A DNA stretch of 64,000 nucleotides from Candidatus Woesebacteria bacterium RIFCSPLOWO2_01_FULL_39_61 (GCA_001793155.1 MGHI01000026.1:271-64270); one strand, 5' to 3'. Positions 19,592 to 29,089 are shown, counted from the stretch's first letter. Numbers and translations: made by a program. The notes: generated from the letters alone by a model not told the origin.

Positions 19592-19597
19592 GGAAAT

Positions 19598-20047
19598 ATG
19601 ACACAAGTTTCGCGCTTCATGCTCAGGCCAGAGGTATGGGAAAAAATATTTGATTTATTTACGGATACATTCCTACGAATAAAAGATAAAAAGAGGTTGA
19701 ATAACTTTTTTGATAATTTTTTCTCCCCAACTGAAAAGATAATGCTTTCAAAAAGACTCGCTATTGCTGTGCTTCTTGCTAAAGGAAATGATTACGCATC
19801 AATCAAAAACACGATTAGAGTAACCGATGGAACGATCTCTAAAGTTAATCTATTACTTAAAAGTAACCGCGCAGGATTGAGACTTGCGGTTGAGGAGATT
19901 CTAAAAAGGGACGCTGGGAAAATTTTCTGGCAGGAAATCTCTGATATGCTTGATTTTCCTCGTAAAGGTGGAAATTGGTCCGAGATGGGAAAAAGAAAAT
20001 TTCAAAGACGAAGAAAGATACAAGACCTAAAATCCGGATTGAGTTAA
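19598..20047 (+). CDS. TrpR/YerC-YecD-like HTH protein
   Basis: MTQVSR, FSPTEKIMLSKRLAIA.LL..G..Y..I...IRVT.GTISKV; start at ATG 19598 behind a sigma70 promoter. Confidence 0.8.
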   Translation: MTQVSRFMLRPEVWEKIFDLFTDTFLRIKDKKRLNNFFDNFFSPTEKIMLSKRLAIAVLLAKGNDYASIKNTIRVTDGTISKVNLLLKSNRAGLRLAVEEILKRDAGKIFWQEISDMLDFPRKGGNWSEMGKRKFQRRRKIQDLKSGLS

Positions 20048-20048
20048 C

Positions 20049-20078
20049 TCACTACGATGATTCGAATCATCGTAGTGA
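20049..20078. repeat. Perfect 30-bp palindrome
   Basis: TCACTACGATGATTC|GAATCATCGTAGTGA, immediately after the TrpR-like stop. Confidence 0.9.
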
Positions 20079-20155
20079 TAACGCAGTAATCTATGAGCTA
20101 ATTAAGCAAAGTGTGAGTTTTTGGAGTCATTATTTTCAAGACAACTCCAATACGT

Positions 20156-20190
20156 AAAAACACCCCCGCGTTTGTCGCGAGGGTGTTTTT
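20156..20190. terminator. Bidirectional intrinsic terminator
   Basis: AAAAACACCC-CCGCG...CGCGA-GGGTGTTTTT between convergent genes. Confidence 0.75.
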
Positions 20191-20207
20191 AAAGTAGTAA
20201 TGGATCT

Positions 20208-20660
20208 CTAGTGCATCATTCCCATACCCATTTTGCCAAAGCCAGCGGGGTGTCCAAAACCACCGTAGGGTGCAAGTTCGGTCGGATCGATTCCTTGATC
20301 TTCAAACCACTTTTGTATTTCCTCCCTTTCCTGTTCGTGCTTTTGCTGCATCTCTTCCCACTTAGCTAAAAGTGCGTTCTTTTGCACTTCATTAATTACT
20401 CCGTCCTCCACAGCATCATTTAGCCTTTCCTCCCTTGCTGCTTTCATCTGCTCCCAACGTTCTTCGTGAACGGCATCAAATACCGCTTCGACTTCATCCT
20501 CTTTCAGATCAAAGGTTTCTGCCAAGCGAGAAATTACGGGATTAGAATAACCGTCCTCGTTAGCTCTAATAGAAGTTGTTACTCCGTATGTAGCCAGAGA
20601 AATTACTGTGCCAAGAATAAGCAACGATATTAAAAGTCTTTTACTCATCTTTCTCACCAC
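20208..20660 (-). CDS. Secreted helical protein with Gly/Met/His-rich tail
   Basis: Signal peptide, L..AV.DG.I..Q motif, GKMGMGMMH tail; likely start MSKR at 20648. Confidence 0.75.
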   Translation of the reverse strand: MVRKMSKRLLISLLILGTVISLATYGVTTSIRANEDGYSNPVISRLAETFDLKEDEVEAVFDAVHEERWEQMKAAREERLNDAVEDGVINEVQKNALLAKWEEMQQKHEQEREEIQKWFEDQGIDPTELAPYGGFGHPAGFGKMGMGMMH

Positions 20661-21186
20661 CCTTCGCCCTCCTTAAACTTTTTTAAAAATAGTGGGCGAC
20701 CCTTCCGTAGCCTTGGTGAAGGAGGGTATTCCTTTTTTACCAACGGGCTTCGGAGTGGCAAGCCTCCCAACACGAAACAATATAAACTCTTATTCTGAGA
20801 AAAGGCTTAAAAGGTAATGCTCAAGAAAATTGAGTATACTTGAATGAGTGGAGTTAAGCATTTCAAAAATTCAAAAAGAATTTGTACCTTCATCTGACAG
20901 ATGGCACGGTAAACTTCTGCCAAGGATAGCCTCGTGGTTTAATCATATATTGGAAATTGTTTACTTAGAGTTAAAGGAAACAAAGCTTACAAAAGACATG
21001 GTTTGAAAAATGAAACATGTCGGAAGCATGCTTATTTAGAATTAGGAGACTGGTTATACCTCACCGCTGAAATTATTTATATGATTACCCGTATTGAATT
21101 ATCTATAAGTACCAAAAAGAGTGTGGAATAAAATGGAAGGAGAAAAATTAACATCTACTAAAAGTTAATACTATTTCGATGTTTAT

Positions 21187-22260
21187 CTATGCGGGCAATT
21201 CTACAGTAAACTTTGAACCTTTTCCTACTTCACTTTCAACTTTAATTTCACCATTATGAACATCGACAATTGACTTTGCAATTGAGAGACCGAGGCCATA
21301 GCCATCAGCTGTAAGTTTATTTCTTGAAGTATCTACCCTATAAAATCGATCGAAAATATGGGGAATGTCTTTTTCAGCAATCCCAACTCCTTCATCCTTA
21401 ACTTCAACCACCGCATATTTTTTCTTTTTTCTTAAACTTAAACTTATTTCCCCTTCGACAAGCTCAGGGCTTTCGGTTTTCTCTTTAGGACTGTATTTAA
21501 TTGCATTATTTAGAAGTATTGATATGAGTTCAATTAAGCTTTGAGGGTTACCCTTAACAATTACTTCCGGCAAATTCTCCTTTACTTTTATGCCCCTATC
21601 CTTTGCTTGGGGCATATTTCTTTCAATCGCTTGTCTTGCCGCCTCGGCTAAATCAACGTCTTCCATTAGTAAATCATGATCGTTTGATTCATAACGGGAT
21701 AAAGACAGAAGGTTGTCTGAAAAATGTTTCATTTTATCAACTTCTGCAAGATTACTTTTTAAAAATTTTTTGGCATCTTTTAATGTTAGTTTTTTATCAC
21801 GAAGTGCAACTTCTAATTCCGTCTTCATCGAGGTTAGGGGCGTACGTAATTCATGCGAGGCATCTGCAACAAATCGCTTCTGTTCGTCTACCATCAATTC
21901 AATAGGTTGAAGTGTCTTTCCCGCCAAAAAATAACCTGCCGTTCCAGCTAAAACCAGTACGCCTCCATTTATAATTGCAAGTTGCATTGCAAATCGGCGC
22001 TTGGCAAGATTTATAATCTCAACAAATTCCTCAGGCGGAATCTCTTCAGGATATATTAAAAAGGGTAAGATTCGAAAAAAACCGTTTCTCTCTTGCACTA
22101 CTATTCTTTGTTGAGGAGCACCTCGAAGTGCCTGCATATGAAATCCACGCCCAAGTTCTTTAGTAAATCCACGATAAACAATCAAGCTAAAAAACCCGCT
22201 TACTAACATAATAATAAGAAGGTACCAAAGAGTTAATTTAAGGCGAGCACTTTGAAACAT
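21187..22260 (-). CDS. Two-TM sensor histidine kinase
   Basis: DASHELRTPLT, NAIKYS, DEGVGI, FDRFYR, GYGLGL. Confidence 0.95.
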   Translation of the reverse strand: MFQSARLKLTLWYLLIIMLVSGFFSLIVYRGFTKELGRGFHMQALRGAPQQRIVVQERNGFFRILPFLIYPEEIPPEEFVEIINLAKRRFAMQLAIINGGVLVLAGTAGYFLAGKTLQPIELMVDEQKRFVADASHELRTPLTSMKTELEVALRDKKLTLKDAKKFLKSNLAEVDKMKHFSDNLLSLSRYESNDHDLLMEDVDLAEAARQAIERNMPQAKDRGIKVKENLPEVIVKGNPQSLIELISILLNNAIKYSPKEKTESPELVEGEISLSLRKKKKYAVVEVKDEGVGIAEKDIPHIFDRFYRVDTSRNKLTADGYGLGLSIAKSIVDVHNGEIKVESEVGKGSKFTVELPA

Positions 22261-22262
22261 GG

Positions 22263-22382
22263 TTTTAAAAATTTCTAATTACTAATTTCTAATTAGCCTA
22301 AATAAATCCCAAGCACCAATTACCCTTTTGGGATTTGGGAAATTTTGAAATTAGTTAGAAATTAGACATTAGAGCAATTAGG
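22263..22382. repeat. AT-rich heptamer-periodic imperfect inverted repeat
   Basis: (TTCTAAT/CTAATT)n...(AATTAG/ATTAGA)n arms between RR and HK. Confidence 0.55.
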
Positions 22383-23057
22383 TCAATTTCCTAAACGGTA
22401 TCCGAATCCCCTTACTGTTTGTATTAACGGTTTATTTTTAGGAAAAGCGCCGTCAATTTTTTTCCTTAAATAACCGATATAAACCTCAACGGTATTGGGC
22501 AAAATATCCGCGTCATAATCCCAAACATGAGCGATTATCTGATCTTTACTCATAATTTTACCGCTATTGCGCATTAAATATTCCAACAGTGCGAATTCAC
22601 GCTTTGAAAGATCAATTTTTTTCCGGCCACGGGTCACTTCAACATTTATACTATCCAATTCCAAATCGGAGACTTCTAGTTTAGCATTGACAACCTCTTG
22701 TGGTCTTCGTGAAAGAGCACGAATTCTGGCCAAAAGTTCTTCGAAGGCGAAAGGTTTGACCAGATAGTCATCTGCCCCCGCATTTAATCCTAAAACTTTG
22801 TCATGCAGAGCTCCTTTGGCAGTCAACATAAGAATTGGGGTATAATTTTTTCCAGCTCTTAATTTCTTACAAATTTCAACTCCTTCCATCCCTGGAAGCA
22901 TAAGATCAAGTACGATTACATCGTATTTTTCGCTTGCAGCCAAATCGTATCCCTCGATCCCCTCATAGGCAACATCGACAGCAAAAGTTTCCTGCTCAAG
23001 TCCCTTTTTTATCGAATTTGCAATTTTGTATTCGTCCTCGACTACGAGTACCCTCAT
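22383..23057 (-). CDS. OmpR/PhoB-family response regulator
   Basis: VVEDE, LDLMLP, LTAK, KPF, winged helix NTVEVYIGYLRKK, TVRGFGY. Confidence 0.96.
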   Translation of the reverse strand: MRVLVVEDEYKIANSIKKGLEQETFAVDVAYEGIEGYDLAASEKYDVIVLDLMLPGMEGVEICKKLRAGKNYTPILMLTAKGALHDKVLGLNAGADDYLVKPFAFEELLARIRALSRRPQEVVNAKLEVSDLELDSINVEVTRGRKKIDLSKREFALLEYLMRNSGKIMSKDQIIAHVWDYDADILPNTVEVYIGYLRKKIDGAFPKNKPLIQTVRGFGYRLGN

Positions 23058-23079
23058 ACCGCCAATTATACATTTAAGG

Positions 23080-23097
23080 CTGAGAAATAGCTGAAAG
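23080..23097 (-). promoter_or_regulatory. Putative OmpR-type direct-repeat box (also at 12186, 18886, 20795)
   Basis: CTGAGAAATAGCTGAAAG, 9 bp from a minus-strand TATAAT (23065-23070). Confidence 0.7.
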
Positions 23098-23168
23098 ACA
23101 CTTAGGATCTTGTTGCTATTTACATTTGGGCTAAATATACCTAATAATTAAAGACAAACATTCGTAAA

Positions 23169-25697
23169 TTGCCTGTGAGGAAAAATTTTATAATATTACT
23201 TTCAGCTTCTACGTTAGTAACAATATTTGCCCTTTTGACTTCAATTTCTGTCCAAAACAGATCCCTTGCTTCAAATCTGCAAACTAACGAAACCCTGGGT
23301 ATAGAAAATTATCTGGCTGAAGGTTCTTGTACCGAACCATCAGGCGGTTGCGGAAGTGGTTATTATTGGAACGGTTCAACGTGCAGCTGTCAGTCAAGCT
23401 GTCAGGAACCCTCTGGCGGATGTGGAACAAACTACTATTGGGATTCAGCTAGCTGTTTGTGTAAACCCTATCCCACTACTTCAACTTGCCAACCTCCTTC
23501 AAACGGTTGTGGTACGAATTATTACTGGGATTCCAATTCTTGCTCCTGCAAATCCAGCACATCTTATTGCAGTCCACCGTCAACCGGGTGCGAAACGAAC
23601 AAATATTGGGACTATGCCTCGTGCTCTTGTGTGTCCTCAAGTAGCGGGAGTGGAAGTGGAGGTACCTCGTCTTGTACTGCTCCTTCATCAGGATGCGGGA
23701 CTAATTATTATTGGGACTCGGGGAGTTGTAGTTGTAAATCCTACTCAACGTGCTCACCTCCCTCGACTGGCTGCGGTTATAACTACTACTGGGACTATTC
23801 TTCCTGCAATTGTAAATATTATTCGTCTTCGACTTCGTCCTGTCAACCTCCGTCATCTGGGTGTGGTTCTAACTCTTATTGGGATTCATATACTTGCTCG
23901 TGTAAATCAAGCTCTGGCACGAGTTCTTGTTCTCCTCCTTCCGCAGGATGCGGGACAAACAACTATTGGGATTCGTACAGCTGTATGTGTAGGTCCCAAT
24001 ACTCAACCTGCTATCCGCCAAGTAGTGGCTGCGGAACAAATAGTTATTGGGACTCCTACTTTTGTTCCTGCAGGCCGTACACCACAACATCCACGAGTTA
24101 CTGCTCACCTCCATCGAGCGGATGTGGCTATAACTATTATTGGGATCAATATTCCTGTTCGTGTAAATATTACACGTCCTCGTGTGTACCTCCACCTGCT
24201 GGGTGTGCTGCTAATAACTATTGGGACTATTATTCATGCAACTGTAAAGAATATCAATCCGGTTCAACCTCAAGCTGTGTTCAACCAGCGACAGGTTGTG
24301 GATATAACTACTTTTGGGACTCCTCATCGTGTTTATGTAAACCCAATCCCAATATAACTAGCTGTCCGCAACCGACTTCAGGCTGTTCAGCAAATGCATA
24401 TTGGGATTCATATTCATGTTCTTGTAAATCTACATTTCCATATTATAAACAGGAAAATTTCGACAGATTCGCTTATGAATCAACTGAAAGAATATCCTGC
24501 GTAAAATCGCTTCTTTCATCATACGATTATGAAAGATTACGCTACTTTATTCCGACGGGTTCTCTTGAACAAAATGAAATATATAATTTAGGAGGAAAGG
24601 TGAGTGCTTGCTGGACAACTCCCCAAACATCAACTCAAGTTTCCATAACACCCTTAACTTATAAGTCTCCACTGGAATCTGAAAGCTGCATTATAAAATC
24701 TCTGGGCGAGACTGCCTATAAAGAAATATACAAAGGCGTCAGAAACCCAACCTATACCGAACATTTAAAATACGGGGTTTGTAATAAAGGAGAAGTAAAA
24801 AATAGCGTTATTACGTATTACACGAAAGAAGAGAAAATTCCAAAAGGAACAGATGCGTGTCTAAGGACAGTCCTGGGGGGCGGAGTTTACGAAAAAGTCA
24901 GAGCAGGCAATACAGATGTTCCTCACGATCTCCGTGGTAAGGTAGACAGGTGCTTTGGCGTAAATCCACAAGCTTTCGAACAAGCAAGGGTATATAAGGC
25001 TCCCGATCAGGTCAGGAGTTGTTTAAACGATACTCTGGGTGAAACTAGATTTAATGAAATAAATTCCGGTGCCTCCCAACCGACTGAAGAAGAAAGAGTA
25101 AAAGGCTCTATCTGCTTTAGTAAACTTAACACTAACCAATCAAGGTTCCTTCCCCCGCCCCCGGAGGAAGTTCACTATTTAGAGACTGACCCAAATATTG
25201 TGGAACTTTCGGATGCTGTGCAAGAGACTCAAAAAGTCAACACTCAGAGTTTGGGAGGGAAATTGGTATTTGCCGGTAAATCATTGGCGAATTCTAATGT
25301 CTATATTTATATCTATTCAACCGAACCCATTGTTGTAACGACAAAAGCCGATGATAACGGTGATTGGGTCTATGAACTTAACCAACCGCTGAATGGTGAA
25401 AAACATATCGCTTATGCAGCTACAAGGACTAGTGAAGGAAAGTATGTAAGATCTTCAGTTTTTGATTTTACGGTTGTTGCTGCCGAGACGGATTTGCAAA
25501 ACCAGCTCGTCAACGAGGCTCAATTAACCCAAGAGACTGGCAGGGGTTTTATAGCAAGAGTCCTTGTACTGGCAATAGTGCTTTGTGTTACCATCATTTT
25601 AATTCTCAGTTCCTTCAAAGCATTAAGAAAAAAGCACGGAATTCAAAAAACTGAAGATAATCAGAAAGTCAGCCAGAACCAACCACTGCAAAACTAG
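23169..25697 (+). CDS. Large surface protein: 13 Cys-rich repeats, helical Cys repeats, Ig-like domain, C-terminal TM
   Basis: Signal/TM; 13x C-x-x-P-x-x-G-C-x4-[YF]-W-[DN]-x4-C-x-C; TTKADDNGDW Ig-like segment; TM anchor. Confidence 0.85.
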   Translation: MPVRKNFIILLSASTLVTIFALLTSISVQNRSLASNLQTNETLGIENYLAEGSCTEPSGGCGSGYYWNGSTCSCQSSCQEPSGGCGTNYYWDSASCLCKPYPTTSTCQPPSNGCGTNYYWDSNSCSCKSSTSYCSPPSTGCETNKYWDYASCSCVSSSSGSGSGGTSSCTAPSSGCGTNYYWDSGSCSCKSYSTCSPPSTGCGYNYYWDYSSCNCKYYSSSTSSCQPPSSGCGSNSYWDSYTCSCKSSSGTSSCSPPSAGCGTNNYWDSYSCMCRSQYSTCYPPSSGCGTNSYWDSYFCSCRPYTTTSTSYCSPPSSGCGYNYYWDQYSCSCKYYTSSCVPPPAGCAANNYWDYYSCNCKEYQSGSTSSCVQPATGCGYNYFWDSSSCLCKPNPNITSCPQPTSGCSANAYWDSYSCSCKSTFPYYKQENFDRFAYESTERISCVKSLLSSYDYERLRYFIPTGSLEQNEIYNLGGKVSACWTTPQTSTQVSITPLTYKSPLESESCIIKSLGETAYKEIYKGVRNPTYTEHLKYGVCNKGEVKNSVITYYTKEEKIPKGTDACLRTVLGGGVYEKVRAGNTDVPHDLRGKVDRCFGVNPQAFEQARVYKAPDQVRSCLNDTLGETRFNEINSGASQPTEEERVKGSICFSKLNTNQSRFLPPPPEEVHYLETDPNIVELSDAVQETQKVNTQSLGGKLVFAGKSLANSNVYIYIYSTEPIVVTTKADDNGDWVYELNQPLNGEKHIAYAATRTSEGKYVRSSVFDFTVVAAETDLQNQLVNEAQLTQETGRGFIARVLVLAIVLCVTIILILSSFKALRKKHGIQKTEDNQKVSQNQPLQN

Positions 25698-25715
25698 TTA
25701 TATAAGCCGGAAGAA

Positions 25716-27062
25716 TTAGGTATTAATCGGAAGGCTGAAGGTAAATTTCGTGCCCGTACCATATATTGACTCAACAGAAATTTTTCCGCCGAGTAGTTCT
25801 ACAATTTGTTTAGTTATCCAAAGCCCAAGTCCTGTCCCTCTTACTTCATTCGTTTGCTTGTCTTTTATTCTGTGAAACTTGGTAAAAAGATTTGGGATTT
25901 CATCTCCCGGAATCCCGATACCTGTATCTTTTATCATTACCTCGATAAATTTATCTTTGAGACTTACTGCAATATCAATCTGTCCTTTCAATGTATATTT
26001 GGCAGAATTCGAGACTAAATTTGTTACAACCTGACGAATACGGTTAGGGTCACTTTTGATAAGTGGAAGGTCTATCGGTGTAAAGTTAATCACCAATCCT
26101 TTTTGGGCGGCACTCGGGATTAAGAGCTTAATAACATTCCCAACAATCTCATTTATATTAGTTTCTACAATCTCTACCTTTAATCTTCCTTGCTCGATGC
26201 GTGATACATCAAGTAAGTCATTGATTAGGTTATTCAAATCCCCTATCAAAACATTCAATATCTCCAGATCGTCCTTTATTTTCTCCTTCTCGGAAGGAGA
26301 AATTTCACCACTAAGCATTTCCAAATAACCGACGAGGGCAGTAACAGGAGCACGAAGTTCATGCGCGGCCATGGAAATGAATTCGTCTTTCAATCTGTCT
26401 AGCTCTTCCAACTCCCTTGTTCTTTCTGCCTTTTTGTAAAAGATAAAGTGGTTTATTAGAAGCGCTAAAGTGACCAAGGTGAGAATCGCCAAAATGATAT
26501 AAGAATCTTTTGAAGTTCTTCCTAAAATTTCCTCAACCGTGTCAGTTTTAAGCTTTATAAATAGTAGGTAGTTACCCTCTCCTTCGATTCCTTCTAAAGG
26601 AATCGATACGTTCCAAATATTTTTGCCTATGTTCGGATCGTAGGTTAGCCCCGCAAACGGCTGATTAAATCCCAGTGCGAGGTGATTGAGGCCGGATTTT
26701 TTTAAATCCTCTAAGTTACTTGAACTTTCGGTTGTCGAAACTACGTTAAGTTTGCTTCCGCTCTCGCTAAATACGGTTATTCCTAAAATTTCAGAGTTGG
26801 CCTCAACGCTGCTAAATAAAAGTGCTGTTAAGTCTTCCTGATTAGCAATACTTCTTGAAATTGCTGGTTTGAGGGTATCTGCCGTACTTACTGCCTGATG
26901 ACGAATTAAAAAATTGACGTCGCGGTTAAAAGTCCTTAAATTCCAAAAAGTGTTGATTATCAGTAAAAGTGGAATCGAAATAATAATGATAAGGGGATAG
27001 ACAATAGATGCCGGTTTTCCCAAACTCTTTATCTTATTGATTATCTTTGAAATGAGTATCAT
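25716..27062 (-). CDS. Sensor histidine kinase with extracellular domain
   Basis: MAAHELRAP, NSAKYT, DTGIGI, GTGLGL. Confidence 0.94.
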   Translation of the reverse strand: MILISKIINKIKSLGKPASIVYPLIIIISIPLLLIINTFWNLRTFNRDVNFLIRHQAVSTADTLKPAISRSIANQEDLTALLFSSVEANSEILGITVFSESGSKLNVVSTTESSSNLEDLKKSGLNHLALGFNQPFAGLTYDPNIGKNIWNVSIPLEGIEGEGNYLLFIKLKTDTVEEILGRTSKDSYIILAILTLVTLALLINHFIFYKKAERTRELEELDRLKDEFISMAAHELRAPVTALVGYLEMLSGEISPSEKEKIKDDLEILNVLIGDLNNLINDLLDVSRIEQGRLKVEIVETNINEIVGNVIKLLIPSAAQKGLVINFTPIDLPLIKSDPNRIRQVVTNLVSNSAKYTLKGQIDIAVSLKDKFIEVMIKDTGIGIPGDEIPNLFTKFHRIKDKQTNEVRGTGLGLWITKQIVELLGGKISVESIYGTGTKFTFSLPINT

Positions 27063-27132
27063 CGTTTAAATTCTATCTTATGCTTTCTGTATAGCCTTTC
27101 ACTTAAAAACCTATTAAAATAAATATAGCTTT

Positions 27133-27269
27133 ATGGCAAAAATATTGATAGTAGATGATGATATTGTACTGGCACGGCTTTATAAAAAATGCCTGTTACA
27201 AAGTCGAACTTGCAGCGGCACTCCGAAGTATGGCTAAATATTCAGGAGATAATGGACAGAATTCTTTGA
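27133..27269 (+). pseudogene. Response-regulator receiver remnant
   Basis: MAKILIVDDDIVLARLYKK, then frameshifted (N)ACYKVELA, then loss of similarity; divergent from the HK. Confidence 0.65.
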
Positions 27270-27356
27270 CTGCTTTTGGGGATAATTCGCTACTTTACTT
27301 AAACTTAGTCCCCTGACTGCGCAGGCATGCTTTATACCTTTTGTGTAGAAAGTTAC

Positions 27357-28097
27357 TTACTTAAAAATCCCACTCAAAATACCAACCAACCACGTCAAAA
27401 AACCTCCCCAAAAATTCTTGGGTTTCGGAATAGGTGTTGGAGTGGGGCCTGGAATGTAAGTTCCAGGTAAGGGTTTCAGAATACAATCTACATTGTAAAA
27501 AGTCCCTTGCCTCATTTCTACGTACTTTGCTGCCTCGACACTCGCGACGAAATCTTCATAACCCTCACTTACGCACTTTACAGTGTGAGTGCCTTTAGCA
27601 ACCGTAAAAGTTCCAACATCCATCCCTCCTTTGGACTCATCATCGATATAAACATTCGCTAGCACTCTATTACCTAAAGTGTCTTTTACCTTGACAGTCA
27701 TTGGCGTCGTCTTTGCCATTTTGCACTGAAAATTGCTCACTTGGGGATAATCAATTTCTCCTTCAAAATCAAAATAACCATTTTTTACGCATTTAACCGT
27801 ATGCCTTCCGGGTAATATATCTATAGAGGAGTCCCATTCTTTGAGCTTCCCGTCCAAATAAACCGAAACCGAATAATCCTCAGTCGGCTCATAATAAAGA
27901 GTATTAATTTCAAGACCTTTTGGTGGTGAGGGTGGAAGAAGAGGTAACTGAGCAAAAACCTTCGAAGTAAATCCCAAAGCAAGCCCAAAGAAAAATAGAG
28001 CGAATACAAAAGAGGGGATAATTTTAATACACGCTCTCTCCATATTTTTTATTAATTTCATCAATTTGTTTTTGAATTTTCTCTGCTTTATTTCCAA
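27357..28097 (-). CDS. PEGA-like domain secreted protein
   Basis: Two VYLDG/VYIDD..G.HTVKCV..GY.DF repeats; true start likely MERA. Confidence 0.7.
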   Translation of the reverse strand: MEIKQRKFKNKLMKLIKNMERACIKIIPSFVFALFFFGLALGFTSKVFAQLPLLPPSPPKGLEINTLYYEPTEDYSVSVYLDGKLKEWDSSIDILPGRHTVKCVKNGYFDFEGEIDYPQVSNFQCKMAKTTPMTVKVKDTLGNRVLANVYIDDESKGGMDVGTFTVAKGTHTVKCVSEGYEDFVASVEAAKYVEMRQGTFYNVDCILKPLPGTYIPGPTPTPIPKPKNFWGGFLTWLVGILSGIFK

Positions 28098-29064
28098 CTC
28101 TTTCCTTTAATATGTCCTCCGAAAAGGGAGACGTCAAAATACTATTTGCATCAGCTTGGTTAATTTTATCGTCTAGGAGCCTAACGAAACTGGCAACCTG
28201 ATCGATGGCAAGTGCAACTTGACCGGTGGGGGGTTGATTAAGTTCAGAAGTTTCAAAGGGCTGACCGGGGTCAAACGAGTTTACATAAATAAGAATCGTA
28301 TCTAACGCAGTTTTTGTTTTTGTCCAAGATGTCTTTAATTCTTCCATACTTGTCTCCAGTGATTTTGGCCAATTCTCTGCAAAAAGCTCATCCCCAATTC
28401 TTTTTGCTTTCGGAACTTGCTCATTGTAAATGGTCTGGATTTCGGCAATTGTAGGAGTCTGTTGACTAAAAGAAGAGGGTTTGGGATCAAGACTACTTTT
28501 GAGTTTAATTAGTTTGAACATGAATTCGGCTGCATCTTTGGATTCATCGCTGGCCTCTACGAAAATACCAAACGCTTCGGAAAAGTCAGATATTAAACTT
28601 TTATATGGGCCGAAATATGGAGGTCGAATTTTTGAGATTTTTTCCTTTTGTTCTTGGAAAAATACCTTTCGCGTTTCTAATATTTCAACGGCACCCTGAT
28701 AATCATAATTGTCTTTAACAGTCTGATTACTCAAAACGCTTCCTTCATTTTCAATCTCCTTAAAAAACCCCAAAACCTCACGGGCAAAGCGCTCCTGATC
28801 ATAAACCGCAAAGTAGTAATATCCTAAGGTCCCTCCGAAGGTAAGAAGAATAAAAGCAAGAAGAATTACTAAAATTTTTGCAAAACTTTTTCGTTTTAGT
28901 GGAGGAGTTTTAGCTATCTCTTGAGACGGTTGAGGGAGTGTTTGACTATCTACCTCTTTAAATTTAGGTTCTGTTGTCGGTAATTGTTCTTTGTTTGAAG
29001 TAAGCGTCTTACGGATTTCTAACGGATCAGAGTTTAAGCTTACGGGCAAGTTATTCATCTCCAC
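28024..29064 (-). CDS. Membrane-anchored helical hypothetical protein
   Basis: Disordered N-terminus, single TM, long helical ectodomain. Confidence 0.7.
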   Translation of the reverse strand: MEMNNLPVSLNSDPLEIRKTLTSNKEQLPTTEPKFKEVDSQTLPQPSQEIAKTPPLKRKSFAKILVILLAFILLTFGGTLGYYYFAVYDQERFAREVLGFFKEIENEGSVLSNQTVKDNYDYQGAVEILETRKVFFQEQKEKISKIRPPYFGPYKSLISDFSEAFGIFVEASDESKDAAEFMFKLIKLKSSLDPKPSSFSQQTPTIAEIQTIYNEQVPKAKRIGDELFAENWPKSLETSMEELKTSWTKTKTALDTILIYVNSFDPGQPFETSELNQPPTGQVALAIDQVASFVRLLDDKINQADANSILTSPFSEDILKERVGNKAEKIQKQIDEINKKYGESVY

Positions 29065-29089
29065 AATTATTATTTTAGCCTAAACTGCA

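Noticed and set aside
20817-21170. ~350-bp gap with fragmented + strand reading frames
   Set aside because: Probably a decayed gene, but there are multiple stops and no family I can recognise
23356-24357. 333-aa alternative-frame ORF over the Cys repeats
   Set aside because: Shadow of the repetitive 23169-25697 CDS; no independent motifs
23328-24425. Periodic TATTGGGA repeats as a possible CRISPR array
   Set aside because: They encode YWD in protein repeats, are degenerate, and no cas genes are present
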